A DNA stretch of 64,000 bases from Sediminibacterium sp. GTDB lineage: Bacteria; Bacteroidota; Bacteroidia; Chitinophagales; Chitinophagaceae. Made by a program: the position numbers and the translations under genes. Under the pieces are notes generated by a model. That model did no database searches and was not told the DNA's origin. It saw only the letters and a program-made list of their open reading frames with translations. This document shows positions 27,934 through 38,189 of this stretch, one piece after another. Every line of letters starts with the position of its first letter. Position 1 is the first letter of the stretch. The stretch spans positions 37,995 to 101,994 of the forward strand of contig JAIYCS010000018.1 of the NCBI GenBank assembly GCA_027487895.1, read 5' to 3'.

Positions 27934-28780
27934 GATTTTTAGGATTGTTGTTTTCTAATTCAAATTGCTCCTGGTACCTGAGGTTTTCTACCAGATATAC
28001 GTATTGAACGGTAAAGAAGTTAACCGCTGTTTTGATTTTTAGGGTATAAAAATTGCTGGAAGGGTCGGCTTCAATTTCAGCTACGCGGCCTACAACTTGG
28101 TAAGGTGGGAAATTAGCCGAATAGGTACTGGTAACAACGGTATCGCCTTTTACCACTTTTGCACCTTTAGAAACGTTGCGCAAAAGCAGGTAATAAGGGC
28201 TGGCGCCATCCCATTCTATGCTACCCGCATTGTTGTCTTTTTTTAGCATCGCACTCACCCTACTATTGCGGTGCAATAAACTCATTACCTTACTGGTATT
28301 TTCAGAAACTTCTACTACCACACCTGCAATTCCTTCGGGGCTAATAGCGGCCATTCCTTTTTTTACACCTTGTAAACTTCCGCGCTCAAGCGTTAAAAAA
28401 TTTGTTTGTAACGAAACTGTGTTGCCAATTACTTTGGCAGGTAGCCAGTTGTATTTTCTGTATTTGTTAAGCGAGTCTTTGTATACCGAGTCGGTAACAA
28501 CACGAATCGTGGAATCAGGCGCAGCAATATTTGATCCTAGTAAATTTAATAGGCGCGCATTTTCTTGTGCTAATTTTTGATTGGTTTCTCTCAAAAAAAA
28601 GTAACCGCGCATGTTATAATAGCGCTCATTAATTTTTGAAGTGGCATCATTCATTTTTGAAGAAAAAAAAGTTTGATGCGATGTACTTGCTTTTGTAAGC
28701 ATATAAATAGAAGCAATTTGCAAAAGCAAAAAGCTAAGTAATGTAAAGTGCCTACGTATAAAATCAAAAATATTTTTCAA
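27926..28780 (-). CDS. mreC: rod-shape-determining protein MreC
   Basis: 284 aa with an N-terminal TM, a coiled coil (NQKLAQENARLLNLL) and a beta-rich C-domain. It follows mreB. Confidence 0.88.
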   Translation of the reverse strand: MKNIFDFIRRHFTLLSFLLLQIASIYMLTKASTSHQTFFSSKMNDATSKINERYYNMRGYFFLRETNQKLAQENARLLNLLGSNIAAPDSTIRVVTDSVYKDSLNKYRKYNWLPAKVIGNTVSLQTNFLTLERGSLQGVKKGMAAISPEGIAGVVVEVSENTSKVMSLLHRNSRVSAMLKKDNNAGSIEWDGASPYYLLLRNVSKGAKVVKGDTVVTSTYSANFPPYQVVGRVAEIEADPSSNFYTLKIKTAVNFFTVQYVYLVENLRYQEQFELENNNPKNRE

Positions 28781-28789
28781 GACAATTTA

Positions 28790-29815
28790 TTAGCGCATGA
28801 TAAACGGAAAACGCTGATAATTTTTGAGTGCTAATCCTGTACCTCGCACAACACTTTTTAGCGGATCTTCTGCTACGTGTACGGGTAATTTAATTTTTGC
28901 ACTTAATCTTTTATCAAGTCCGCGTAGTAAAGCACCTCCACCTGTGAGGTATAATCCACGGCGGTAAATATCGGCCGCAAGCTCTGGTGGCGTGGTTTCT
29001 AGGGCTTTTAAGATGGCTTCTTCAATTTTAAAAATACTCTTATCAAGTGCTTCTGCAATTTCTTGGTAGCTCACCATAATTTGTTTTGGAATACCTGTTA
29101 CAAGGTCACGTCCGTTAACTGGTAAATCATCTGGTGGATTGTCTAAATCTTTTAAAGCAGCGCCAACATTTATTTTAATTTGTTCTGCAGTACGCTCACC
29201 AATTAGTAAACTATGGTAACGGCGAAGTGCCTCCATAATGTCGGCGGTAAATTCATCACCCGCTACACGAATACTCTGATCACAAACAATACCAGCAAGT
29301 GCAATCACGGTAATACCAGTGGTACCACCTCCAATATCAATAATCATATTTCCAACAGGCTCCTCAACATCTATACCAATACCTAGTGCTGCTGCCATAG
29401 GTTCGTGAATCATGTAAACTTCTTTAGCGCCTGCTTGCTCCGCAGAATCTCTTACCGCACGCTTTTCAACCTCAGTGATTGAAGAAGGAATACAAATTAC
29501 CATACGCCAGCTTGGAGGGAACAATGGTTTTTTAGGGTAGATCATTTTCATCATCTCCCGAATCATTAATTCAGCGGCGTTAAAATCTGCAATCACACCA
29601 TCTTTTAATGGACGAATGGTTCTAATGCTCTCATGCGTTTTTTCGTGCATCATGAGCGCCTTTTTACCAACTGCTAAAACTTCTTTTAAGTTATTGCGGT
29701 TAAGGGCAACAATTGAAGGTTCGTTTACAACGACCTCGTCGTTGTGAATAATGAGGGTATTTGCGGTACCCAAATCCATTGCAATTTCTTGCGTAAAAAA
29801 GTTAAATAATCCCAT
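28790..29815 (-). CDS. mreB: rod-shape-determining actin homolog MreB
   Basis: 341 aa with DLGTANTLI, DIGGGTT and LTGGGALLRGLD signatures. Confidence 0.97.
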   Translation of the reverse strand: MGLFNFFTQEIAMDLGTANTLIIHNDEVVVNEPSIVALNRNNLKEVLAVGKKALMMHEKTHESIRTIRPLKDGVIADFNAAELMIREMMKMIYPKKPLFPPSWRMVICIPSSITEVEKRAVRDSAEQAGAKEVYMIHEPMAAALGIGIDVEEPVGNMIIDIGGGTTGITVIALAGIVCDQSIRVAGDEFTADIMEALRRYHSLLIGERTAEQIKINVGAALKDLDNPPDDLPVNGRDLVTGIPKQIMVSYQEIAEALDKSIFKIEEAILKALETTPPELAADIYRRGLYLTGGGALLRGLDKRLSAKIKLPVHVAEDPLKSVVRGTGLALKNYQRFPFIMR

Positions 29816-29904
29816 GGTATGATGCGTAAATCTTGAGTAAATGTATTACTACAAAGGTGCTTGAAATAAATGGAAATAACAAGGTCTATTCTTACGAATT
29901 TTCT

Positions 29905-31197
29905 CTAAGTATTTTTTTCAAACTCGTAACCAATATCACGTCTAAAATAAATGCCTTCAAAACGTATCTTTTCAAGTCTTTGGTGCGCAAGCGCCACCGC
30001 ATCCTTTATGTTATTTCCAAAGGCAGTAACGGCCAAAACCCTTCCCCCACTTGTAACTACAGCATTTTCGGAAGTTTTGGTACCGGCCTGAAAAACCAGG
30101 GTATCGGTAACTGCGCTTGTATCTTCTAGGCCAGTAATGACCTTGTTTTTTTCATAGTCTCCAGGGTAGCCTCCGCTCACAGCCATAATCGTGGCGCAAC
30201 TTCTGTTATCGTATGTAATATTGGCGTCTATTAAAGTGCCATTATCCATGGCCGCAAATAGGGCAACGAGGTCTGTTTGTAAACGCGGCATTACCACTTC
30301 TGTTTCAGGATCACCCATCCGGCAGTTGTACTCAATTACAAAAGGTTCACCATCCACATTCATGAGTCCAAAAAACACAAACCCATTGTAGCAAAGTTCT
30401 TCTGCTGCGAGCCCGTTAATAGTGGGTTTAACAATGCGTTCTTCCACTTTTTGCATAAAAACATCATCCATAAAAGGGACGGGGCTTACACAACCCATGC
30501 CACCGGTGTTAAGGCCTGTATCGCCTTCTCCTATTCGTTTGTAGTCTTTGGCATGACCAATAATTTGATAGTCCATGCCGTTGGTTAGGGCAAAAACACT
30601 GACTTCAATACCGGATAAAAATTGTTCAATCACCACTTTGCTGCTAGCCTCACCAAACTGCTTGTTAACGAGCATCTCATTAAATGTTTCCAGCGCTTCA
30701 TTGTGCGTGGTAGCAATAACAACGCCTTTTCCAGCCGCTAAACCATCGGCTTTTAGTACCACAGGTAATGAATGAGATGCGATATAATTTTTACCTTCCT
30801 CTATATTTTCTAGGGTAAACTCTGCATAGGCCGCCGTTGGAATCTGGTGACGCTGCATAAATTTCTTGCTAAATGCTTTGCTACCCTCTAGTTGAGCTGC
30901 TTTTGCAGAAGGCCCTACCACTATAATATGTCTAAGTGCCGGGTCCGATTCAAAAAAGTCATAAATACCTTTAACTAGTGGCTCTTCGGGCCCTACTACA
31001 ACCAGTCCAATTTGATGCTCGATACTTGCTGCTTTAATGCCTTCAAAATCGGTTACCAAAAGGTTTAAATTGGTTCCAATGCCTGCTGTGCCTGGGTTTC
31101 CGGGCGCTATAAACAACGCATCACAATGGTGACTTTGGGCCATTTTCCAAGCAAGTGCATGTTCTCTTCCGCCAGCACCCAGTAGTAGAATATTCAT
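29905..31197 (-). CDS. purD: phosphoribosylamine--glycine ligase
   Basis: MNILLLGAGGREHALAWK N-terminus and an ATP-grasp body. The upstream ATG at 31245 would add 16 atypical residues and would include the candidate -7 box. Confidence 0.93.
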   Translation of the reverse strand: MNILLLGAGGREHALAWKMAQSHHCDALFIAPGNPGTAGIGTNLNLLVTDFEGIKAASIEHQIGLVVVGPEEPLVKGIYDFFESDPALRHIIVVGPSAKAAQLEGSKAFSKKFMQRHQIPTAAYAEFTLENIEEGKNYIASHSLPVVLKADGLAAGKGVVIATTHNEALETFNEMLVNKQFGEASSKVVIEQFLSGIEVSVFALTNGMDYQIIGHAKDYKRIGEGDTGLNTGGMGCVSPVPFMDDVFMQKVEERIVKPTINGLAAEELCYNGFVFFGLMNVDGEPFVIEYNCRMGDPETEVVMPRLQTDLVALFAAMDNGTLIDANITYDNRSCATIMAVSGGYPGDYEKNKVITGLEDTSAVTDTLVFQAGTKTSENAVVTSGGRVLAVTAFGNNIKDAVALAHQRLEKIRFEGIYFRRDIGYEFEKNT

Positions 31198-31220
31198 AGT
31201 GTTAGGTATAATTGGAGAGG

Positions 31221-31228
31221 CAAAAGTA
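31221..31228 (-). promoter_or_regulatory. candidate -7 box (TAnnTTTG) for purD
   Basis: The minus strand reads TACTTTTG, 23 nt upstream of the ATG at 31197. Confidence 0.4.
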
Positions 31229-31329
31229 TCATTTTCGGCGGTCATTTTAGCGGGTGGTTCGCTGTAAAGATTTTATTGCTATTTTACAGCACCAGAAAAT
31301 CAATAGTTTACATCGATAACGAGCTCTAT

Positions 31330-32832
31330 ATGAATCAAACCGCTACTCAACAAGGTCATCCAAAAGGATTGTATGTTTTATTTGCTACCGAAATGTGGGA
31401 GCGATTTAACTACTATGGTATGCGCGCCATTTTGGTACTTTTTTTGGTAAAAGCCATGGCATTTAATCAGGATGCTGCTTCACAGGTTTACGGAAGTTAT
31501 ACCGGTCTGGTATATTTAACCCCTTTATTTGGCGGATATATTGCAGACCGTTATTGGGGAAACAAGCGTTCTATTATTGCAGGAGCATTGGTGATGGCCA
31601 TTGGAGAATTTATTTTGTTCTTTTGCGGCCATTATTATGACAATGCTGCCTTAGCAATGCCACTTTTTTATACGGGCTTAGGTTGTATGATTGCGGGAAA
31701 CGGTTTTTTTAAACCCAACATTTCGAGCATGGTGGGCCAATTATATAAGAAAGGGGATTCAAAAATAGATGCAGCCTATACTATTTTTTACATGGGTATT
31801 AATACGGGCGGTGCATTAGGTCCAATTGTATGTGGTTTTTTTGGCGATACAGGAAACAATGGAGATTTTAAGTGGGCTTTTTTAGCCGGAGGAATCGCAA
31901 TGTTATTGAGTGTTATCACACAAGTTATTTTTCAAAAAAAGTATTTAGTGGATGCCGATGGTGCCTCTATTGGCGATGCTCCAAAAGGTGCGCCAACATT
32001 ATTTTTGAAAATACCGGTGATGGTTGGATTTCTATTTTTACTTTCTGTAGTTACGATCGCACTTGTTTACATTGATATCAATGTGGTGAGTTATTTATTT
32101 TGGTTATTAATTGCATGTATTCTTTTAATTGCCTTTATTATATTTTCTGATGCATCATTGGATGCGCTTGAAAAGAAAAAAGTGGCTGTTTTATTTACGG
32201 TATCTTTTTTTGTAATCTTTTTTTGGAGTGCGTTTGAACAAGCCGGCGCATCACTTACATTTTTTGCATCCGAAAATACGCAGCGTGACCTTGGCTTTTA
32301 TGTGGTGCCAGCAAGTTTTTTTCAGTCCTTAAATTCAATTTTTGTGGTAACCTTGGCTCCTTTGGTGGCTTGGGTTTGGATTAAATTAGGTAAAGCAAAT
32401 CGTGAGCCTTCTTCGCCATTTAAAATGGCCATGGGTCTTATGTTATTAGCGCTGGGATATTTATGGATTGCTACTGGCGTAAAAGGAGTGGGAGCTGGCA
32501 TTAAAGTGAGTATGATTTGGCTCATTGGAATGTATATGATGCACACTTTTGGCGAATTGTGTTTATCGCCTATTGGCCTCTCATTGTTTAATAAATTAGC
32601 GCCTGTTAAGTTTGCTTCTTTATTAATGGCAGTATGGTTTACGGCCAATGCTTTTGCCAATAAATTTGCAGGTGTATTAAGTAGTTTATATCCAGATGGT
32701 AAAACAACTTATTTTGTTGGTTATGCCATTGCCAATTTGTATGACTTCTTTATTTTATTTGTAATAATGGCTGGCGCTGCTGCAACTATTTTATTTTTAC
32801 TTGCGCGCAAATTAAAAACCATGATGGATTAA
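31330..32832 (+). CDS. POT/PTR2-family proton-dependent di/tripeptide transporter
   Basis: GGYIADRYWGNKRSI (PTR2 signature 1) and FYMGINTGGALGP (signature 2). ATG at 31330 preferred. Confidence 0.9.
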   Translation: MNQTATQQGHPKGLYVLFATEMWERFNYYGMRAILVLFLVKAMAFNQDAASQVYGSYTGLVYLTPLFGGYIADRYWGNKRSIIAGALVMAIGEFILFFCGHYYDNAALAMPLFYTGLGCMIAGNGFFKPNISSMVGQLYKKGDSKIDAAYTIFYMGINTGGALGPIVCGFFGDTGNNGDFKWAFLAGGIAMLLSVITQVIFQKKYLVDADGASIGDAPKGAPTLFLKIPVMVGFLFLLSVVTIALVYIDINVVSYLFWLLIACILLIAFIIFSDASLDALEKKKVAVLFTVSFFVIFFWSAFEQAGASLTFFASENTQRDLGFYVVPASFFQSLNSIFVVTLAPLVAWVWIKLGKANREPSSPFKMAMGLMLLALGYLWIATGVKGVGAGIKVSMIWLIGMYMMHTFGELCLSPIGLSLFNKLAPVKFASLLMAVWFTANAFANKFAGVLSSLYPDGKTTYFVGYAIANLYDFFILFVIMAGAAATILFLLARKLKTMMD

Positions 32833-32873
32833 TTTTTCGCAAATCATTTTAATTTTTTCTAAAATCCAACTAT

Positions 32874-34931
32874 ATGTCTGAGCAAAAAAAAGTTTTTAAA
32901 CCCTTTATTGCACCTGAAGAAAACGTAAAAGAACTAACCGTTAAATCTATACTGGTAGGTAGTTTGTTTGGTGTCATTTTTGGTGCCGCAACGGTGTATC
33001 TAGCATTAAAAGCTGGACTTACGGTATCGGCTTCTATTCCTATTGCAGTTATTGCTATTACGCTTGGACGTAAGTTTTTAAAAACAACCATTCTAGAAAA
33101 TAATATCATTCAAACAACCGGTTCGGCTGGTGAAAGTATTGCTGCCGGTGTTGCGTTTACACTTCCTGGATTTTTGTTTTTATCATCACCAGATAGTGCT
33201 GAATATTTTAATTACCTCACCATTTTAATACTTGCTATTATTGGTGGACTCTTAGGTACGTTACTCATGATTCCACTTCGTAAAGCGCTGATTGTAAACG
33301 AACATGAAAACCTCCCTTACCCCGAAGGAACCGCTTGCGGCGACGTATTAAAAGCTGGCGAAAAAGGCGGCGACTTTGCTAAAACTGCATTTTGGGGACT
33401 TGGCGTAGCGTTTGCGTATGCTATTTTGCAAAAAGTGTTACACGTGATTGCAGAAACACCTTATTATGCCACCAAACAAATCAATAAATTTTTTCCTTCT
33501 GCTAAAGTAAGTGGTGAAATCACACCCGAGTATATGGGTGTTGGTTATATCATTGGTCCAAAAATTGCCGGCGTACTTGTTGCAGGTAGTGTACTTAGCT
33601 GGATGGTATTTATTCCACTTTTATCTACCCTTGTGCCTGCCGATGTAATTGCTGCACAACTGGTAAAACTGGGTTATTTAATGGACCTTGCAAAGCCAGG
33701 TGGTAAAGGTGGTTGGGATCCTGTAACGCATCAGTTTAATGATTACTCTGCGGCTATTTATTATGCCTATATCAGACAAGTAGGTGCTGGTGCAGTAACA
33801 GCAGGCGGCATCATTACACTCATTAAAACCATTCCTACGATTGTAAAATCTATCAAAGGAAGTTTTGCTTCTTTACAATCTAGTAAAGATCCAAGTGCAG
33901 CTGCGGTTTTAAGAACCGAAAAAGATTTGAGTTTAAAAGTAGTAGGTTTTGGAAGTTTAGCACTTGTTGCACTCATTGCTGTATTACCGCAAGTGCCAGG
34001 GGATAGTATTTTACAAAAATTATTAATTGGTGTGCTAGTGATTTTATTTGGTGCATTATTTGTTACCGTATCGTCACGTATTGTTGGCCTAATTGGTTCT
34101 TCTAATAATCCTATTAGTGGTATGACTATTGCAACCGTAATGGGTACGAGTTTAATATTTTTAAGCGTGGGTTGGACCGGTCAAGCCTTTGAACCGCTTG
34201 TACTTGTTGTAGGTGGTATGATTTGTATTGCAGCTGCTAATGCGGGTGCTACATCTCAAGATTTAAAGAGCGGATATATTGTTGGTGCCACACCACGTAA
34301 TCAACAAATTGCACTTTTTGTAGGTGCCATTGTTTCATCAGTTGTTATTGGATTAACGGTTAAATTTTTAGATCGTCCTACCACCGAAATGATGCAGCAG
34401 GGTATCCAGCACGCGATTGGTTCTGATAAATATCCAGCGCCTCAGGCTACACTGATGGCTACTTTAATCAAAGGTATTTTATCCCAAAATTTAGATTGGC
34501 AATATGTAGTGGTAGGAGTGTTTTTAGCTATTACCATGGAGCTTTGTGGCATTAAATCTTTAAGCTTTGCCATTGGGGTTTATTTACCATTAGCTACGAC
34601 GCTTCCTATTTTTATTGGCGGTGCTATTAGAGGTATTGTTGAAGCAAAAGATAAAAAAGAAAATAAATCTGCGGCTAGTGCCGAAGAAGAAGACCTTAGT
34701 AAAGGCTCTTTATTTGCCACAGGACTTGTGGCAGGAGGTGCTGTTGCCGGCGTATTAATTGCTTTTGCAACGGGCACAAGTGCTGGTGAAAAGTTTTTGG
34801 CTTCTATTAGTTTAGAAGAAGGCATTGTGCACAGCGTTTCTCAAAATGGATACTTTTTAATAGGTACTTTGTTTTTTGCAGCCATGGGCGCTATTTTATA
34901 CAAAGTAGCAACCAAAAAAGCAGACGCTTAA
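32874..34931 (+). CDS. OPT-family oligopeptide transporter
   Basis: 685-aa polytopic protein with length and blocks typical of bacterial OPT carriers (NPISGMTIAT, QDLKSGYIVGATPR). Confidence 0.88.
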   Translation: MSEQKKVFKPFIAPEENVKELTVKSILVGSLFGVIFGAATVYLALKAGLTVSASIPIAVIAITLGRKFLKTTILENNIIQTTGSAGESIAAGVAFTLPGFLFLSSPDSAEYFNYLTILILAIIGGLLGTLLMIPLRKALIVNEHENLPYPEGTACGDVLKAGEKGGDFAKTAFWGLGVAFAYAILQKVLHVIAETPYYATKQINKFFPSAKVSGEITPEYMGVGYIIGPKIAGVLVAGSVLSWMVFIPLLSTLVPADVIAAQLVKLGYLMDLAKPGGKGGWDPVTHQFNDYSAAIYYAYIRQVGAGAVTAGGIITLIKTIPTIVKSIKGSFASLQSSKDPSAAAVLRTEKDLSLKVVGFGSLALVALIAVLPQVPGDSILQKLLIGVLVILFGALFVTVSSRIVGLIGSSNNPISGMTIATVMGTSLIFLSVGWTGQAFEPLVLVVGGMICIAAANAGATSQDLKSGYIVGATPRNQQIALFVGAIVSSVVIGLTVKFLDRPTTEMMQQGIQHAIGSDKYPAPQATLMATLIKGILSQNLDWQYVVVGVFLAITMELCGIKSLSFAIGVYLPLATTLPIFIGGAIRGIVEAKDKKENKSAASAEEEDLSKGSLFATGLVAGGAVAGVLIAFATGTSAGEKFLASISLEEGIVHSVSQNGYFLIGTLFFAAMGAILYKVATKKADA

Positions 34932-34992
34932 GCGGTCCAAAAAAATAAAGGAGCTCATTAAACTTTTACCGTTTTTGTAGCTCTAATATGAT

Positions 34993-36921
34993 ATGAATAA
35001 CAACCCTACAAGCCAAACACCTAAGCGTACAATACAGTATGCATATGTGTTTGGCTTTTTGTTTTTAATGGCATTTGTAAAGCCTGCGCCTAAAATGCCC
35101 TATAAAAAAGCGGGATTAACGGAGCAGGAAGCTGCCTTACACCTGCTCAACCGCTTTGCGTTTGGTCCAAAACCTGGTCAAGTAGAGGAAGTAGTAAAGC
35201 AGGGGCTCGAAAATTGGTTTTTGGCGCAGTTGCAACCTGCACCCGATAACGAAGTTGTTCGTAATCGTCTTGCGGGTTTCCAGGCGCTAAACATGCCTAC
35301 CGATTCCATCGCAAATACATACTTACAACCGGCTCAACTGATTCGTCTTGCTATCAAAAATGGAATTATTGATAAAGACTCGGTTGATAAAACCGATAGA
35401 CCCGCTTACAGGGATGCCATCAAAAAAATGCAATCCGACTATGGGTATCGTCCACTACAAGAATTGCAACGTGAACTCATCAATCAAAAAGTAATTAGAG
35501 CTGTTTACAGCGATGCGCAACTACAGGAAGTATTAACTGATTTTTGGTTCAATCACTTTAATGTATCACTTACAAAAAATCAGGTGCAACAATTGGTGCT
35601 CCCATATGAAAGAGACGCCATTAGGCCTAATGTGTTAAATAATTTTTCATCACTACTTTTTGCAACGGCCAAACATCCGGCGATGTTACTTTATTTAGAC
35701 AATGCATTAAGTATTAGTAACGAAAATGAATATGCAAAGCGTCAGTTAAAAGGAGCACAGCGATTACTAGAATTAAATGCCGCAAAAAAAATGATGGCAG
35801 CAGCAAGTATCTCTGACGATTCTTTGCAAAAGATGGACGCCATGGAAAGTCAAATGACGGCGCAAATTAAAAGAAGAAAATCGCAGGGGTTAAATGAAAA
35901 CTATGCACGTGAAGTAATGGAATTACATACACTTGGTGTTAATGGTGGATATACCCAGGCCGATGTTACGGCATTAGCGGGTGCTTTAACAGGCTGGGGT
36001 GTAAGACCCATGTATGAAGAAGGCCCGTTAGCTAAACGATTTTCGAATTTACCTCCAGCACAACTGGTTCGAAGAGGTCTTGTGGTAGAAGACTATTTTT
36101 TATACAGTGGCGAAAAGCACGACGAATCTGAAAAAATAATTTTAGGAAAAAAGTTTCCAGCAAACGGTGGGTACAAAGAAGGTACGGAAGCCCTTGCGAT
36201 GCTTGCTTCACACCCGTCAACGGCGCAATTTATTGCGCGCAAGCTTGCTGCTAAATTTATTGCAGATGAGCCACCAACTGCAGTTGTAGAGGAGATGGCT
36301 AAAACATTTTTAGCATCCAATGGCGATATTAAAGAAGTGCTATTAACCATGGTGATGCACCCTGGTTTTTGGGCCAAGGCCAAGGAAAAAGAAAAAATAA
36401 AATCTCCATTTGAACTTGCCGTAAGTGCCATACGCGCAACGGGCACCGAAGTAGTTGCTCCGTATCAGGTGTTTACCTGGTCCGAAAAAATGGGTCAAAA
36501 ATTTTATTTTTATCAGGCACCAACAGGCTTTCCAGATAGGGCTTCGTTTTGGATCAATACCGGATCACTCTTAAATAGAATGAATTTTGGTATGGCTATT
36601 GCTGCGCAAAAAATACCAGGCTTTAAAACCAACTTACTAGCACTCAATCAAAATCATGAACCAGAAAGTGTAGAAGAAGCGCTTCAAACCTATACCAAAT
36701 TACTACTTCCGGTTTCGGATCAAAAAGAAAATTCGGAGCGCATCATGTCTATTGTGCGCGCACAAAATATCGATCAAAAAATTGCATCTGCAACAAAAGA
36801 TACCGGCGGCATGCAAGAGATGCAAAACCAAGCGATGACGCAAACAAATAACACCCCACTAAAAAGCATGGCACAGGTTGTTGGTGTGATAATTGGCTCA
36901 CCTGCGTTTCAGCGCAAATAA
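34993..36921 (+). CDS. DUF1800-family protein
   Basis: 642 aa. HLLNRFAFGPKPGQ...WFLAQLQP opening typical of DUF1800. An N-terminal hydrophobic segment is present. Confidence 0.8.
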   Translation: MNNNPTSQTPKRTIQYAYVFGFLFLMAFVKPAPKMPYKKAGLTEQEAALHLLNRFAFGPKPGQVEEVVKQGLENWFLAQLQPAPDNEVVRNRLAGFQALNMPTDSIANTYLQPAQLIRLAIKNGIIDKDSVDKTDRPAYRDAIKKMQSDYGYRPLQELQRELINQKVIRAVYSDAQLQEVLTDFWFNHFNVSLTKNQVQQLVLPYERDAIRPNVLNNFSSLLFATAKHPAMLLYLDNALSISNENEYAKRQLKGAQRLLELNAAKKMMAAASISDDSLQKMDAMESQMTAQIKRRKSQGLNENYAREVMELHTLGVNGGYTQADVTALAGALTGWGVRPMYEEGPLAKRFSNLPPAQLVRRGLVVEDYFLYSGEKHDESEKIILGKKFPANGGYKEGTEALAMLASHPSTAQFIARKLAAKFIADEPPTAVVEEMAKTFLASNGDIKEVLLTMVMHPGFWAKAKEKEKIKSPFELAVSAIRATGTEVVAPYQVFTWSEKMGQKFYFYQAPTGFPDRASFWINTGSLLNRMNFGMAIAAQKIPGFKTNLLALNQNHEPESVEEALQTYTKLLLPVSDQKENSERIMSIVRAQNIDQKIASATKDTGGMQEMQNQAMTQTNNTPLKSMAQVVGVIIGSPAFQRK

Positions 36922-36932
36922 ATAAAATCATT

Positions 36933-38189
36933 ATGGCAAATAGAAGGGCTTTTATGAAATCGGGTGCGCTTGCATTATTTGCAACGGGTATTAGTGGGCT
37001 TCCTCGTTTTATTACAGAGGCTGCTGCGGGCACTCAAATGCTTCCGATGTATAAAAAAAATAAAACCTTGGTTTGTATTTTTCAGCGCGGAGCGATGGAC
37101 GGATTAATGGCCGTAACACCTTTTGCAGATCCTGCATTACAACTGGCAAGACCAGGTTTATTTATGAGCCCCACCGCTGGTGAAGGCGGTTCTTTTAATT
37201 TGGATGACCGGTTTGCTATGCACCCTTCTTTAAAAAGTTTGTTCCCCTATTTTAATTCAAAAAATTTAGCCGTGGTGCATGGTGTAGGAAGCCCTAATAC
37301 CACTAGAAGCCATTTTGATGCACAGGATTATATGGAGTCAGGAACCCCTTTTGCAAAAGGTACGGCTAGTGGATGGCTTAATAGGGCGGTTGGATTATTG
37401 GGTCATGCACCAACGCCATTTTCTGCGGTAAGTGTGACCAGTTCTTTACCCCGCAGTTTATATGGCGACGCCGATGCTATTGCAATTAATAATTTGCAGG
37501 ATTTTTCGATTCAATTAAAAGGAAATCCGATGGCAGCGGGTAAAGCGGCTTCTTCATTTGAAGAGTTGTATGATCAAACTACCAACGAGCTACTCAATAA
37601 AACAGGAAAAGAAAGTTTTGAAGCACTCAAAATTTTAAAGTCTAACAATATCAAAAATTACCAGCCCGCAAATGGCGCGGTGTATCCAAACTCGGCACTG
37701 GGTAATTCATTAAAACAAATTGCGACGCTCATTAAAATGGATGTAGGACTTGAAGTGGGTTTTGCAGAGAGCGGTGGATGGGATACACATTTTAACCAGG
37801 GTACCACAAACGGTATTTTTGCCCGCAACCTAAAAGATTTTTCAGACAGCATTGCTGCGTTTTGGCAAGACCTGGGCGAGCGTCAAGATGAAGTAACCCT
37901 TATGACCATGACAGAGTTTGGCCGTACGGTAGCACAAAATGGCACCGGCGGAACCGATCATGGTAGAGCAAGCTGCCTATTTGTTTTAGGTAATGACGTC
38001 GCTGGCGGAAAAGTATATAGTAACATGGGTAGTCTTGCAAAAGATAAACTAGAAGACGGTAGAGACCTACCAGTTACCACAGATTTTAGAGCCGTGTTTA
38101 GTGCAGTAGCAGAAAATCATTTACAGCTAAAAACAAATGGCAATTTGTTCCCAGACTGGACCGGCGCTTCATTAAAAATGATGCTATAA
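36933..38189 (+). CDS. DUF1501-family protein (sulfatase/alkaline-phosphatase-like fold) with Tat signal
   Basis: NRRAFMKSGALALFA twin-arginine motif. TEFGRT...NGTGGTDHG block typical of DUF1501. Confidence 0.85.
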   Translation: MANRRAFMKSGALALFATGISGLPRFITEAAAGTQMLPMYKKNKTLVCIFQRGAMDGLMAVTPFADPALQLARPGLFMSPTAGEGGSFNLDDRFAMHPSLKSLFPYFNSKNLAVVHGVGSPNTTRSHFDAQDYMESGTPFAKGTASGWLNRAVGLLGHAPTPFSAVSVTSSLPRSLYGDADAIAINNLQDFSIQLKGNPMAAGKAASSFEELYDQTTNELLNKTGKESFEALKILKSNNIKNYQPANGAVYPNSALGNSLKQIATLIKMDVGLEVGFAESGGWDTHFNQGTTNGIFARNLKDFSDSIAAFWQDLGERQDEVTLMTMTEFGRTVAQNGTGGTDHGRASCLFVLGNDVAGGKVYSNMGSLAKDKLEDGRDLPVTTDFRAVFSAVAENHLQLKTNGNLFPDWTGASLKMML

